A DNA stretch of 64,000 nucleotides. Source: an uncultured Bacteroidota bacterium. Its GTDB lineage: Bacteria > Bacteroidota > Ignavibacteria > UBA10030 > UBA6906. Below the pieces are notes generated by a model. That model ran no database searches. It was not told the DNA's origin and saw nothing but the letters and a program-made list of their open reading frames with translations. Positions 37,514-47,585 of the stretch are shown piece by piece. The translations under genes and the position numbers were made by a program. The stretch lies in contig CAVOYH010000003.1 in NCBI GenBank assembly GCA_963700635.1, positions 1,344,001 to 1,408,000 of the forward strand, written 5' to 3'. The number at the start of each line of letters is the position of its first letter. The first letter of the stretch is position 1.

Positions 37514-40500
37514 CAACGACAAGGTAAGCTGGATCAAAGACGAAGAAGATGTACACCTGCGGAGCTGGGAAGAATTTTATCGCAACCGCTGGCAGCACGA
37601 TAAAGTCGTGAGGAGCACTCACGGTGTGAACTGCACGGGCAGTTGCACCTGGATGATTCATGTCAAGGATGGTATTGTGACATGGGAAATGCAGGGACTT
37701 GATTATCCTTCGCTGGAACACGGTCTGCCCCCGTATGAACCTCGGGGATGTCAGCGCGGAATCTCCTTTTCCTGGTACCTGTACAGTCCGTTGCGCGTGA
37801 AGTACCCGTACATCCGGGGCGCATTGCTCGACCTCTGGCGCAAGGCACGGGCAGAACACGAAGATCCCGTGGAAGCGTGGAAATCGCTCGTCACTGATCC
37901 TGAATCGCGCGGCCGCTGGCAACGCGCACGGGGAAAAGGCGGATTCCGCCGTGCCAGCTGGGAGGAGGCACTGGAGATCACGGCTGCCGCAAACATTCAC
38001 ACCATCAAAACGCACGGCCCGGACCGTATCGCGGGTTTCTCCCCGATTCCCGCGATGTCCATGGTCAGTTACGCGGCGGGCGCCCGTCTGATGCAACTGC
38101 TGGGCGGCATCTCCCTTTCGTTCTATGATTGGTACTGCGACCTTCCCCCGGCATCACCCGAAACGTGGGGAGAGCAGACTGATGTGCAGGAATCGGCCGA
38201 TTGGTATAACGCCAAACTGCTTGCCGTCATGGGGTCCAACCTGAACATGACCCGGACGCCCGACTGCCACTTCGCGGCGGAAGCGCGTCACAACGGCACA
38301 AAAATGTACGTCTTCTCCCCCGATTTCAGCCAGGTTGCAAAATATGCCGACCACTGGGTGTCGGTGAACGCCGGACAGGACGGTGCGTGGTGGATGGCCG
38401 TCAATCATGTACTACTCAAAGAATTCCACCATGACAAGCAGACTCCGTATTTTCTTGACTACACGAAGAAGTTTACCGACGCGCCGTATCTTGTCGAGCT
38501 GACTGACGATGGGGGGGTGTATGAGGCAGGTCAGCTTCTTCGCGCCGGCCGCCTGCAGAAATACGCCGACGCCGAACACGGTGAATGGAAATTCCTCATG
38601 TGGGATGAGACGTCGCAGGCGATGAAGATGCCGATGGGCAGTTCGGGCTTCCGGTGGGGAGCGGAAAAAGGGAAATGGAATCTGCTGCTCCGTGATGGTG
38701 TTGATGGCACCGCCATCGATCCCCAGCTGACTTTTCTGAAAGATTCTGAAACGACGCTCCCGGTCCGTTTTGACAACTTTGCCGATGCCACAAGCCACAC
38801 GCGCCATGTACCGGTGAAATTTGTCACAACGAAAGACGGGAAGAGGGTTGCTGTTGCCACCGTCTATGACATCCTCATGGCTCAGTACGGCGTACCCCGC
38901 GGTTTGCCGGGAGATTACCCCGCCGATTACGATGACAGGGACAAACCCTTCACACCTGCGTGGTCGGAGAAGTACACAGGTATTGACCGGAAGGATCTTC
39001 TGAAGTTTGCGCGGGAATGGGGCAGTACCGCCATGCACACCAACGGCAAGTGCACCATCATCATCGGGGCAGGGATCAACCACTGGTATCACGCCAACCT
39101 GATGTACCGCGCCGGAATCCATGCACTAATGTTCTGCGGATGTATCGGTGTGAACGGCGGTGGCCTCGCGCACTACGTCGGGCAGGAGAAACTTGCACCC
39201 GGAGAACCCTGGGGCGCCATCGCATTTGCCAAGGACTGGTACGGACCGTCCCGCCAGCAAAATGCACCGAGCTGGCACTATGTGCATACAGACCAGTGGC
39301 GGTACGAAAGAGGGTTCACCGATTATCACACGGTGCCGGCGAAACAATCACCCGGTTCGCTCGCCCAGGGTCATACGATGGATGTGCAGGTGAAAGCCGT
39401 CCGCAACGGATGGCTCCCGTTCTATCCGCAGTTTAACCGGAATCCCCTGGATCTCGCGCGTGAAATGGAAGCCGGCGGTCTGACGAAACCGGACGAAATG
39501 GTCAACCAGGTCGTCAACCAGCTTACGAACCGCACACTCAAGTTCGCCGTTGAGGATCCGGATGCATCGGAAAACTGGCCCCGTGTCTGGTACATCTGGC
39601 GCGGCAACGCCCTCATGGCCAGCAGCAAAGGACATGAATACTTCCTTCGCCATTATCTGGGCACCCATGACAATGCTGTCGCCGAAGACATGGCGAAAGA
39701 TTCCGTAAAAGAGGTAACCTGGCACGATAAAGTACCACATGGTAAAATGGATCTTGTGGTGGACCTGAACTTCCGGATGGACACGTCCGCACTGTATTCT
39801 GACATCGTCCTGCCGGCGGCGACCTGGTATGAGAAGGCCGATCTCAACTCGACGGACATGCACAGTTTTATCCATCCACTCTCGGCGGCTGTCCCTCCGT
39901 GCTGGGAGTCGAAAAGCGACTGGGATATCTTCAAAGCAATCGCCAGAAAATTCTCCGAGCTTGCAGCCAATCACTTTCCCCATCCTGTCAGAGATATCGT
40001 CGCCACCCCGCTGGCCCACGATTCTGCCGCGGAGATCGCTCAGCCACAGATCAGGGATTGGATAACGGGTGAGGTGGAAGCGATTCCCGGCAAGAGTATG
40101 CCCAAACTGACGGTCGTGACGCGTGACTACAAGCATGTCTACGACCAGTATATCGCGCTCGGCCCTCTGGTGAAGAAAAACGGGCTGAACGCTCATGGCA
40201 CGGCCTATGCCATCGATGACTTCTACGATCATATGCTCGAGACAGGCCCGACGGTGTCCATCGATGGAACATCCTATCCGTCGTTGCTCAGGGACGTTGA
40301 TGTGTGTGACGCCATCCTGCAGCTTGCCACCGTGACGAACGGCGAGCTTGCATACCGCTCGTACAAGAACATGGAGGAGAAGGTCGGCCTGCCGCTTGCA
40401 CAGCTTGCCGAAAAGAACCGGGGCGTGCGCATCTCCTACCGGGAGCTGCAGGGCCGGCCCATGCGGCTCCTGAACAGTCCGATGTGGTCGGGACTGACGG

Positions 40501-41150
40501 AAAACGGACGGGCCTATTCGCCGTTCACCTACAACAAGGAAGCCCTGGTGCCGTGGCGGACATTAACCGGCCGGCAGCATTTTTATCTCGATCATCCAGG
40601 GTACATTCAATTCGGCGAACATCTTCCCACGTACAAGCCCAAGCCGGCACCCGTGCATTATGCCGACCTCCGCTTCACAAAGGAAGCCGGCGCATCGATG
40701 ATGTTGAACTTCCTGACCCCCCACGGCAAGTGGCATATCCACTCGACCTATGGCGACAATCAGCGTATGACGACTCTCTCGCGCGGGGTGGAACCGTTCT
40801 GGATTAACGACAAAGACGCGGCAGATATCGGTGTGAACGATAATGACTGGGTAGAAGTGTACAATGACCATGGTGTTGTGGTGACCCGCGCCGCGGTCAG
40901 CGCCCGAATCCCCCGCGGCATCTGCATCATCTATCACTCCCCGGAACGAACGTACTCGGTTCCGAAGTCCCCGCTCCGCAACAACCGGCGGGCAGGCGGG
41001 CACAACAGTCTTACCCGTACCCGTCTGAAACCGAACTTGATGGTGGGTGGATACGGACAGTTTACGTTCCACTTCAATTACTGGGGTCCCGTCGGGTGTA
41101 ATCGTGATACGCATGTGCTGGTGCGGAAATGCCCGGAAGTGATCTGGTGA
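37506..41150 (+). CDS. narG: Respiratory nitrate reductase alpha subunit (NarG/NxrA family), cytoplasm-facing
   Basis: [59 protein letters not shown]; no Tat signal. Confidence 0.96.
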   Translation: MSNNDKVSWIKDEEDVHLRSWEEFYRNRWQHDKVVRSTHGVNCTGSCTWMIHVKDGIVTWEMQGLDYPSLEHGLPPYEPRGCQRGISFSWYLYSPLRVKYPYIRGALLDLWRKARAEHEDPVEAWKSLVTDPESRGRWQRARGKGGFRRASWEEALEITAAANIHTIKTHGPDRIAGFSPIPAMSMVSYAAGARLMQLLGGISLSFYDWYCDLPPASPETWGEQTDVQESADWYNAKLLAVMGSNLNMTRTPDCHFAAEARHNGTKMYVFSPDFSQVAKYADHWVSVNAGQDGAWWMAVNHVLLKEFHHDKQTPYFLDYTKKFTDAPYLVELTDDGGVYEAGQLLRAGRLQKYADAEHGEWKFLMWDETSQAMKMPMGSSGFRWGAEKGKWNLLLRDGVDGTAIDPQLTFLKDSETTLPVRFDNFADATSHTRHVPVKFVTTKDGKRVAVATVYDILMAQYGVPRGLPGDYPADYDDRDKPFTPAWSEKYTGIDRKDLLKFAREWGSTAMHTNGKCTIIIGAGINHWYHANLMYRAGIHALMFCGCIGVNGGGLAHYVGQEKLAPGEPWGAIAFAKDWYGPSRQQNAPSWHYVHTDQWRYERGFTDYHTVPAKQSPGSLAQGHTMDVQVKAVRNGWLPFYPQFNRNPLDLAREMEAGGLTKPDEMVNQVVNQLTNRTLKFAVEDPDASENWPRVWYIWRGNALMASSKGHEYFLRHYLGTHDNAVAEDMAKDSVKEVTWHDKVPHGKMDLVVDLNFRMDTSALYSDIVLPAATWYEKADLNSTDMHSFIHPLSAAVPPCWESKSDWDIFKAIARKFSELAANHFPHPVRDIVATPLAHDSAAEIAQPQIRDWITGEVEAIPGKSMPKLTVVTRDYKHVYDQYIALGPLVKKNGLNAHGTAYAIDDFYDHMLETGPTVSIDGTSYPSLLRDVDVCDAILQLATVTNGELAYRSYKNMEEKVGLPLAQLAEKNRGVRISYRELQGRPMRLLNSPMWSGLTENGRAYSPFTYNKEALVPWRTLTGRQHFYLDHPGYIQFGEHLPTYKPKPAPVHYADLRFTKEAGASMMLNFLTPHGKWHIHSTYGDNQRMTTLSRGVEPFWINDKDAADIGVNDNDWVEVYNDHGVVVTRAAVSARIPRGICIIYHSPERTYSVPKSPLRNNRRAGGHNSLTRTRLKPNLMVGGYGQFTFHFNYWGPVGCNRDTHVLVRKCPEVIW

Positions 41151-41177
41151 CCATGCGGTGAACAAGGAGAACTCAGC

Positions 41178-42667
41178 ATGAACGTTCGGTCTCAAATCTC
41201 GATGGTGTTTCATCTCGACAAATGTATCGGGTGCCACACATGCAGCATTGCCTGTAAGAATATCTGGACCGACCGGAAGGGAACGGACTACATGTGGTGG
41301 AACAACGTGGAGACGAAACCCGGCACAGGGTTCCCGACGGCATGGGAGGACCAGCAGAAATACCGGGGTGGGTGGGAGTTGAAGGACGGCAAACTGCAGC
41401 TTCGATCCACGAGCAGGGCCAGGACCATCACCAACATTTTTCACAATCCATCCATGCCGAGTATGGATGAATATTACGAGCCCTGGACTTACACATACGG
41501 CGACCTCTTTAATGCCCCCGAAGGCGCCGACCAGCCCGTCGCACGGCCGATCTCACTGGTTACCGGTGAATACATCAATGTTGAGGCCGGACCGAACTGG
41601 GACGACGACCTCGGTGGTTCTCCCGTGTACGCGGAGAATGATCCCAACCTGAAGAACCTCACGCCGGAACAGCGCGAACAGTTGTTCGCCATTGAGCGCC
41701 TGGTCTTCTTCTACTTTCCCCGCATCTGCAACCACTGCCTGAATCCAAGCTGCGTGGCGTCATGCCCCTCGGGTGCTTTGTACAAGCGCGGGGAGGATGG
41801 TATTGTCCTTATTGACCAGAAACGGTGCCGTGGCTGGAGGGCGTGTGTCGCCGCATGCCCCTACAAAAAGTCGTTCTACAACTGGTCGACCGGCAAGTCC
41901 GAAAAGTGTGTGTTGTGTTATCCCCGGCTTGAAACGGGCCAGGCGCCGGCCTGCTTCCATTCGTGTGTCGGCCGCATCCGTTATCTCGGGGTGTTGCTGT
42001 ATGACGCCGACCGCATTGAAGAAGTGGCGAAGTTTCCAGACGACCAGCTGATCGATGCGCACCGGTCCATGGTTCTCAATCCCCACGATCCCGCCGTGAT
42101 AGAAGGCGCGCGGAAGAGCGGTATTCATGACACGGTCATCGAATCGGCACAGATCTCACCCGTCTATAAATTCGTCAAAGAATGGAAACTTGCCCTTCCG
42201 CCGCATATCGAATTCCGGACTCTCCCGATGCTGTTTTATGTCCCCCCCATGTCTCCGGTTATGGCGCAACGCGGGGACGACACGGTCAGCGGCGTGTCCG
42301 GCGAGTTCTTCCATGATATTGAAGATTCTCGCGTGCCCCTTCAGTTTCTGGCCAATCTCTTCGGCGCGGGCCATCAGGGGAAGGTCCTGTATGCCCTGAA
42401 AAAACAAAAAGCGATCCGGACCTACCGGCGGGCGAAGACGGTCGGGGATATTACCATGGACGTTGCTGAGGCGATGCTCCGTGAAGCCGACTGCACGCCG
42501 CAAGAAGCCGAAGCTGTGTACGCACTGACATCCCTCTGTACGTTTGAGGATCGCTTCGTCATTCCACCCATGCACCGTGAAGAAGCAATTGAATTAATGC
42601 GCGACCCGATGGAGCACAAGGGATCAGTCGGGTTTGGCTTTATGGAGCCCCCCGGAGGGGACTGTGA
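41178..42667 (+). CDS. narH: Nitrate reductase beta subunit (NarH/NxrB); apparent frameshift in the last codons
   Basis: CIGCHTCSIAC, CNHCLNPSCVASC, CRGWRACVAAC, CVLC...CFHSC; adding one C to the C6 run at 42648-42653 gives EPPRRGL-stop at 42667 coupled to narJ (TGATG); the ORF as written runs to 42776. Confidence 0.93.
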
Positions 42668-43225
42668 TGGCGAACCCAGAAGGACATTCTGGATACGCTT
42701 GCCCGTGTTCTCTCCTATCCGGGCGAGGAGTACGGACATCATGTGGCACGGTGTGTGGAGCTCTGCGGTGCGGTGAAGTGGGAAGACCCAGTTGCCGCCC
42801 GGGCGCTCGTGAGCGCCATGAGAAGTTTCTCCGACGCACTCAATGATCTGTCGGACGGAGAACGCGAGGAGCTCTATACCCGGACCTTTGATATCAATCC
42901 GGTCAGCAGTCTGGAAGTTGGCTGGCATTTGTACGGTGAAAGTTATGAACGGGGAGCTTTTCTTGTGCAGATGAGAGATCTCCTGCGGCGGTGTGGCATC
43001 GAGGAATCCAGCGAGCTGCCCGATCATCTTACCCATACCGTGCTTGCCGTCGGAAGGATGGAAGCAGAGGAAGCCGGTAAGTTCGTTTCCGGCCATCTCC
43101 TGAAGGCCATTGACAAAATGCTTGAGGGGTTTGCCGACAAAGGGAATCCCTATGAGCACGTGTTAACATCAACAAAGCTCGTGCTGACCGAGATCCGTAC
43201 GCAGACTGTTCATCAGGAGGTATGA
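42667..43225 (+). CDS. narJ: Nitrate reductase molybdenum cofactor assembly chaperone; frameshift just after the start
   Basis: ELYTRTFD, GESYERG, ELPDHL, NPY; removing one C at ~42676 gives MANQKDILDTLARVLSYP in frame with ORF 42743-43225. Confidence 0.88.
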
Positions 43226-43932
43226 CCATGGTGACCCCGGGGCCGTTTATGTTCGACCAGATTATTTTTGTTGTGTTCCCGTATGTGGCCGTCATCCTGT
43301 TTGTCCTGGTCTCGATCCGTCGATTCAGGACGGAAGCCTACACATTCTCCAGTCTCTCGTCCCAGTTCCTCGAGAATCAGAACCATTTCTGGGGGCTCGT
43401 TCCGTTTCACTTCGGCATTATCACCGTCCTGGCCGGACACCTTATCGCATTCCTGATCCCGCGGGAAATCCTCGCGTGGAACAGCCACCCCGTCCGCCTC
43501 TATATTCTTGAGGGATCAGCCCTGGTTGCATCGCTGCTCACGCTGGTTGGATTGACGTCGATACTCCTGCGCCGGTTCACCGATCCCAGGGTGCGCAAGG
43601 TCACCAGCGGGGCGGATTGGGTTGTGCTCGGGAGTTTTGTGGTGCAGATCCTCAGCGGCCTGTATGTTGCAGTGTTCCATAGCTGGGGCTCCTCCTGGTA
43701 TGCGGCGCTGGCCGCGCCGTATCTCTGGTCGCTCGTTACACTGACTCCCGACATCACCTTCGTCACTGCCATGCCCTGGATGGTTAAAGTACATATTGCC
43801 AGCGCGTGGCTGATGATTGCGTTCGCACCGTTCACACGTCTGGTGCACATCCTTGTCGTTCCGAATCCTTATCTCTGGCGAAAACCGCAGGTGGTGCGAT
43901 GGTACACGAAGTGGTCTCCGCGTCGCAGTTAG
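43222..43932 (+). CDS. narI: Nitrate reductase gamma subunit (diheme cytochrome b)
   Basis: VFPY, SSQFLE, FHFGI...GH, KVH...PFTRLVH: four heme-ligating His; five TM helices. Confidence 0.94.
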   Translation: MTMVTPGPFMFDQIIFVVFPYVAVILFVLVSIRRFRTEAYTFSSLSSQFLENQNHFWGLVPFHFGIITVLAGHLIAFLIPREILAWNSHPVRLYILEGSALVASLLTLVGLTSILLRRFTDPRVRKVTSGADWVVLGSFVVQILSGLYVAVFHSWGSSWYAALAAPYLWSLVTLTPDITFVTAMPWMVKVHIASAWLMIAFAPFTRLVHILVVPNPYLWRKPQVVRWYTKWSPRRS

Positions 43933-43962
43933 CCACACATCCACGATGCCAGGAATTTTTCC

Positions 43963-45534
43963 ATGCAGGGGTCAAGCATGACGAATAATCGGCAGGGCCT
44001 CATCGTGCTCGCAATGAACACGATGGCGTTCACCGTCTGCTTTGCCGTCTGGATGATGAACGGCGTGCTTGTGACGTTCCTGGTGGAGCAAGGGGTGTTT
44101 GACTGGGACAAGAGTCAGATTGGCTGGTTGATCGGCATCCCGGTCCTGACAGGATCGATCATGCGGCTGCCTGTCGGAGTACTGACCGACAAGTACGGTG
44201 GACGGATTGTCTTCGGGCTGCTCTTGCTGCTCTCGGCAATTCCGACCTACTTCCTGAGCTACGCAACGAGTTACACCGGCTTTCTGCTTGGAAGCCTCGG
44301 GTTCGGCCTTTCGGGGGCTTCGTTTGCCGTCGGTATCGCGTACACATCCCTCTGGTTCAAGAAGGAACGGCAGGGGACAGCGCTGGGCATCTTCGGTGCA
44401 GGGAATGCCGGCTCCGCACTGACGAGTATTGGTGCTCCATGGCTCCTGCTGTATCTGACAGACAATGGCGAAAATCTCGGCGCATGGCGGACGATGCCCC
44501 GGCTCTATGCGGGAGCACTGATTGTCATGGCCATCCTGTTTTTTCTGCTTACAAAGTCGAAGAAAGTCCAACACGGCCAGGAACTCACCCTGACCCAGCG
44601 CCTCGCGCCGCTCCGATACACCCGTGTATGGCGGTTCGGTCTCTACTATTTTGTCGTGTTTGGTGGTTTTGTCTCGCTTGCCCAATGGCTTATTCCATAC
44701 TACGTCAGTGCCTATGGCATGACGGTCGCTCTTGCAGGAATCATGGCGAGCATCTTCAGCTTTCCCTCCGGAGTCATCCGTGCACTCGGCGGGTGGTTAT
44801 CGGATCGTTTTGGAGCGCGGGCTGTCATGTACTGGGTGTTTGGCCTGTGTCTTGTCTGCTTTATTTTGCTTTGTGTCCCGCGAATGGATATCGAGTCGCC
44901 CGGTCAGGGCGTGATGGCTGAAAAGTCAGGCCTGGTGACCGAGGTAACTTCAGAGAGAGTTGTTGCTGCCGGGAACGTCTATCCGCTTCTCGCCAGACCG
45001 GCAATAGACAACACGATGTGGGATGAGGGAACGCTCGTGTGGCCTACGTTTACCTTCTGGCAGGAACCTGTGGCGCAGGTAGGAGAGAGGGTTGAAAAAA
45101 GACAACTGCTTGCCAGAGGGGTCACCCACATCTACTTCCAGGCGAATGTATGGATTTTTACGGGCCTTGTGTTTCTGGTGGGTATCATGATGGGCATCGG
45201 AAAAGCCGGCGTCTATACGTTTATCCCCGAATACTATCCGAATGAAGTGGGTATCGTGGGAGGAATCGTCGGGGTGATCGGCGGACTGGGCGGGTTCGTC
45301 TGCCCCATCATTTTCGGATATCTTCTGAAGGCGACAGGCATATGGACCACGGCCTGGATGTTTCTCTTTCTCGTTACCCTGGCAAGTCATCTCTGGATGC
45401 ATGTTACGGTTAGAAGATTGCTCCGGGAACAGGCTCCCATTCTGGATCGCCAGATAGAAGATCATCGACCGATGGAGGAGATGGCCGAAGAAGTACCCCT
45501 GCGTATCCATCTGGGAAAGAGGAGCAGCTCCTGA
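43963..45534 (+). CDS. narK: NarK-family nitrate/nitrite MFS transporter (NarK1-like) with ~90-aa insertion
   Basis: AFTVCFAVW, RLPVG.LTDKYGGR, GASFAVGI, GTALGIFGAGNAG, YFVVFGGFV, GGLGGF. Confidence 0.92.
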   Translation: MQGSSMTNNRQGLIVLAMNTMAFTVCFAVWMMNGVLVTFLVEQGVFDWDKSQIGWLIGIPVLTGSIMRLPVGVLTDKYGGRIVFGLLLLLSAIPTYFLSYATSYTGFLLGSLGFGLSGASFAVGIAYTSLWFKKERQGTALGIFGAGNAGSALTSIGAPWLLLYLTDNGENLGAWRTMPRLYAGALIVMAILFFLLTKSKKVQHGQELTLTQRLAPLRYTRVWRFGLYYFVVFGGFVSLAQWLIPYYVSAYGMTVALAGIMASIFSFPSGVIRALGGWLSDRFGARAVMYWVFGLCLVCFILLCVPRMDIESPGQGVMAEKSGLVTEVTSERVVAAGNVYPLLARPAIDNTMWDEGTLVWPTFTFWQEPVAQVGERVEKRQLLARGVTHIYFQANVWIFTGLVFLVGIMMGIGKAGVYTFIPEYYPNEVGIVGGIVGVIGGLGGFVCPIIFGYLLKATGIWTTAWMFLFLVTLASHLWMHVTVRRLLREQAPILDRQIEDHRPMEEMAEEVPLRIHLGKRSSS

Positions 45535-46869
45535 TGACACAGTCCACAACATGGCTCTCCAGATGGGAGCCGGAAAACACCAGGTTCTGGGAGGAGACCG
45601 GGCGCAAAGTCGCATGGCGTACACTTGACGATCACCACCATCTCTCTTGTCCTTTCCTTCTCGACGTGGTTCATGATGAGCGCCATCGTCGTCCGCCTGC
45701 CGCAGGCCGGCTTTACCTTCGATACAATGCAGCTCTTCTGGCTGACGGCGTTGCCGGGGCTTGCCGGAGGGACGCTGCGAGGCGTGCATATGTTCCTCAT
45801 CCCGATTTTCGGTACGCGTGCGGTTATTTCGACGGCCACGTTTTTGAAGTTGATTCCCTGCCTTGGCATCGGTCTTGCCGTGATGAACCCCGCGACCCCG
45901 TTCTGGGTGTTCATGCTGCTCGCGTTTGCGGCCGGTTTCGGAGGTGGTGATTTCTCTTCGCACATGTCGAGCACCAGTGTGTTCTTTCCAAAACGGCTGC
46001 AGGGGACAGCACTTGGCATTCAAGCCGGTGTGGGGAATTTCGGGGTAAGCCTTGCGCAATTTGTGACCCCATGGATCATCGGGATTTCCGGCTACGGGGT
46101 GTCTCAGACGCTCCTGCTGGGTGGGAAAGCCACTCCCGTCTGGCTGCAGAATGCCGCGCTCTGGTATATCCCCCTGCTGCTCCTGATGGGGGCGCTCGCG
46201 TGGAGGTATCTGCGAAGTATCCCCGTGCGTGCCTCGTTCACCGAACAGCTTGACATCTTCAAGAACAAGCACACGTGGTTCTGCACGCTCACCTACGTGA
46301 TGACGTTCGGTTCGTTCGCCGGGTTTTCCGCGGCCTTTCCACTCCTTATCAAGATCCTCTACGGGAAATTCCCGGATGCACCTGACCCACTCGCGTATGC
46401 TTTTCTCGGACCCCTTGTCGGATCCGCTGCGCGTGTTGCGGCGGGACCGCTGGCTGACAGGGTCGGGGGTGCGATTCTGACCCACGTGACCGGTATCGGA
46501 CTGATAGTCTCGGTGGGAATTATGGCAACCACCGGCCTGCTGACACCGGATTCGCCAGATATGTTCCCGTACTTTCTGGCACTGATGCTTATCATCTTCT
46601 TGCTGTCGGGGATCGGGAATGCCTCCACGTTCAGGCAATACCCGATTATTTTCTCGCATTCTCCCCGGCAGGCGGCGGGGGTCATCGGGTGGACGGCCAC
46701 GGTCGCTGCATACGGTCCGTTTGTCTTTGCAACCCTGATTGGTTCGGCCATCACGCACGCCGGATCTCCCGTCCCGTTTTTTGCCGGAGTGGGAGCGTAC
46801 TACGCCATTGCCACGGCTGTCAACTGGTGGTACTACGTGCGAGCGGGATGTGAAACACCACGTTCGTGA
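45534..46869 (+). CDS. narK: NarK-family nitrate/nitrite MFS transporter (NarK2-like); frameshift at ~45625
   Basis: WEPENTRFW...AWRTL in ORF from 45534 continues as TITTISL in ORF 45625-46869; GFGGGDFSS, GTALGI, TFGSFAGF, GNASTFRQ. Confidence 0.9.
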
Positions 46870-46878
46870 GGAATTTGT

Positions 46879-47544
46879 ATGAAATTGCCGGATAACAGAA
46901 TTCTCACCGTCATCCTGGGCGTTGCCGTACTGTTGACGTTTAGTGTGTTCGTGACGTCCTTCACGTTTAATATAAAGTTGCCGGACAACCATCAGGGTTA
47001 TGAACCGGTCCAGCCGATCCAGTATTCGCACAGACTCCACGCCGGAGAACTCGGCATTCCCTGTCTGTTTTGTCACGGTGGCGCGGAGCGGAGCGGCACT
47101 GCGGGGATACCCTCCGCTGGAGTGTGCATGAATTGCCACAAGTATATCTCAGCTCCGTGGGTGCAGGTGAGGGCCGAGGACCAACGTGCCACAAAGGAGA
47201 AGCGTGAACCGCTGCGTCTCGTGTCTCCTGAACTTGAAAAACTCTATAGTGCCATGGGTCTGAATGCTGAAATGAAGAATGACCAGGCGCATACGCCACG
47301 GCCCATCGAATGGGTGAAGGTGCACTCAGTGCCTGCCTTTGTGCGCTTTGATCACAGCATCCATGTGTCTGCCGGAGTGGAATGCCAGACATGCCATGGT
47401 GCGGTGGAAACCATGGAACGTATCCGGCAGGTGTCCGACCTGTCGATGGGGTGGTGTGTGAACTGCCATCGTGATGTCAATCGCCTGGGTCTTAACGGGA
47501 AAACGGTGTATGCTTCGACCGACTGCGTAGTGTGTCACCACTGA
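46879..47544 (+). CDS. actA: Alternative complex III pentaheme cytochrome c subunit
   Basis: N-terminal TM; PVQPIQYSH..HAG; five CxxCH (CLFCH, CMNCH, CQTCH, CVNCH, CVVCH); LSMGWC. Confidence 0.92.
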   Translation: MKLPDNRILTVILGVAVLLTFSVFVTSFTFNIKLPDNHQGYEPVQPIQYSHRLHAGELGIPCLFCHGGAERSGTAGIPSAGVCMNCHKYISAPWVQVRAEDQRATKEKREPLRLVSPELEKLYSAMGLNAEMKNDQAHTPRPIEWVKVHSVPAFVRFDHSIHVSAGVECQTCHGAVETMERIRQVSDLSMGWCVNCHRDVNRLGLNGKTVYASTDCVVCHH

Positions 47545-47585
47545 ACAGAAACGATCACCGTATTGCTGATGAACGACAGGTGCCA

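Noticed and set aside
44950-47139. 729-aa minus-strand ORF
   Set aside because: Antisense shadow of narK1/narK2/actA with no motifs; long antisense frames are expected at this GC content. The same applies to others such as 28605-29699 and 39348-40232
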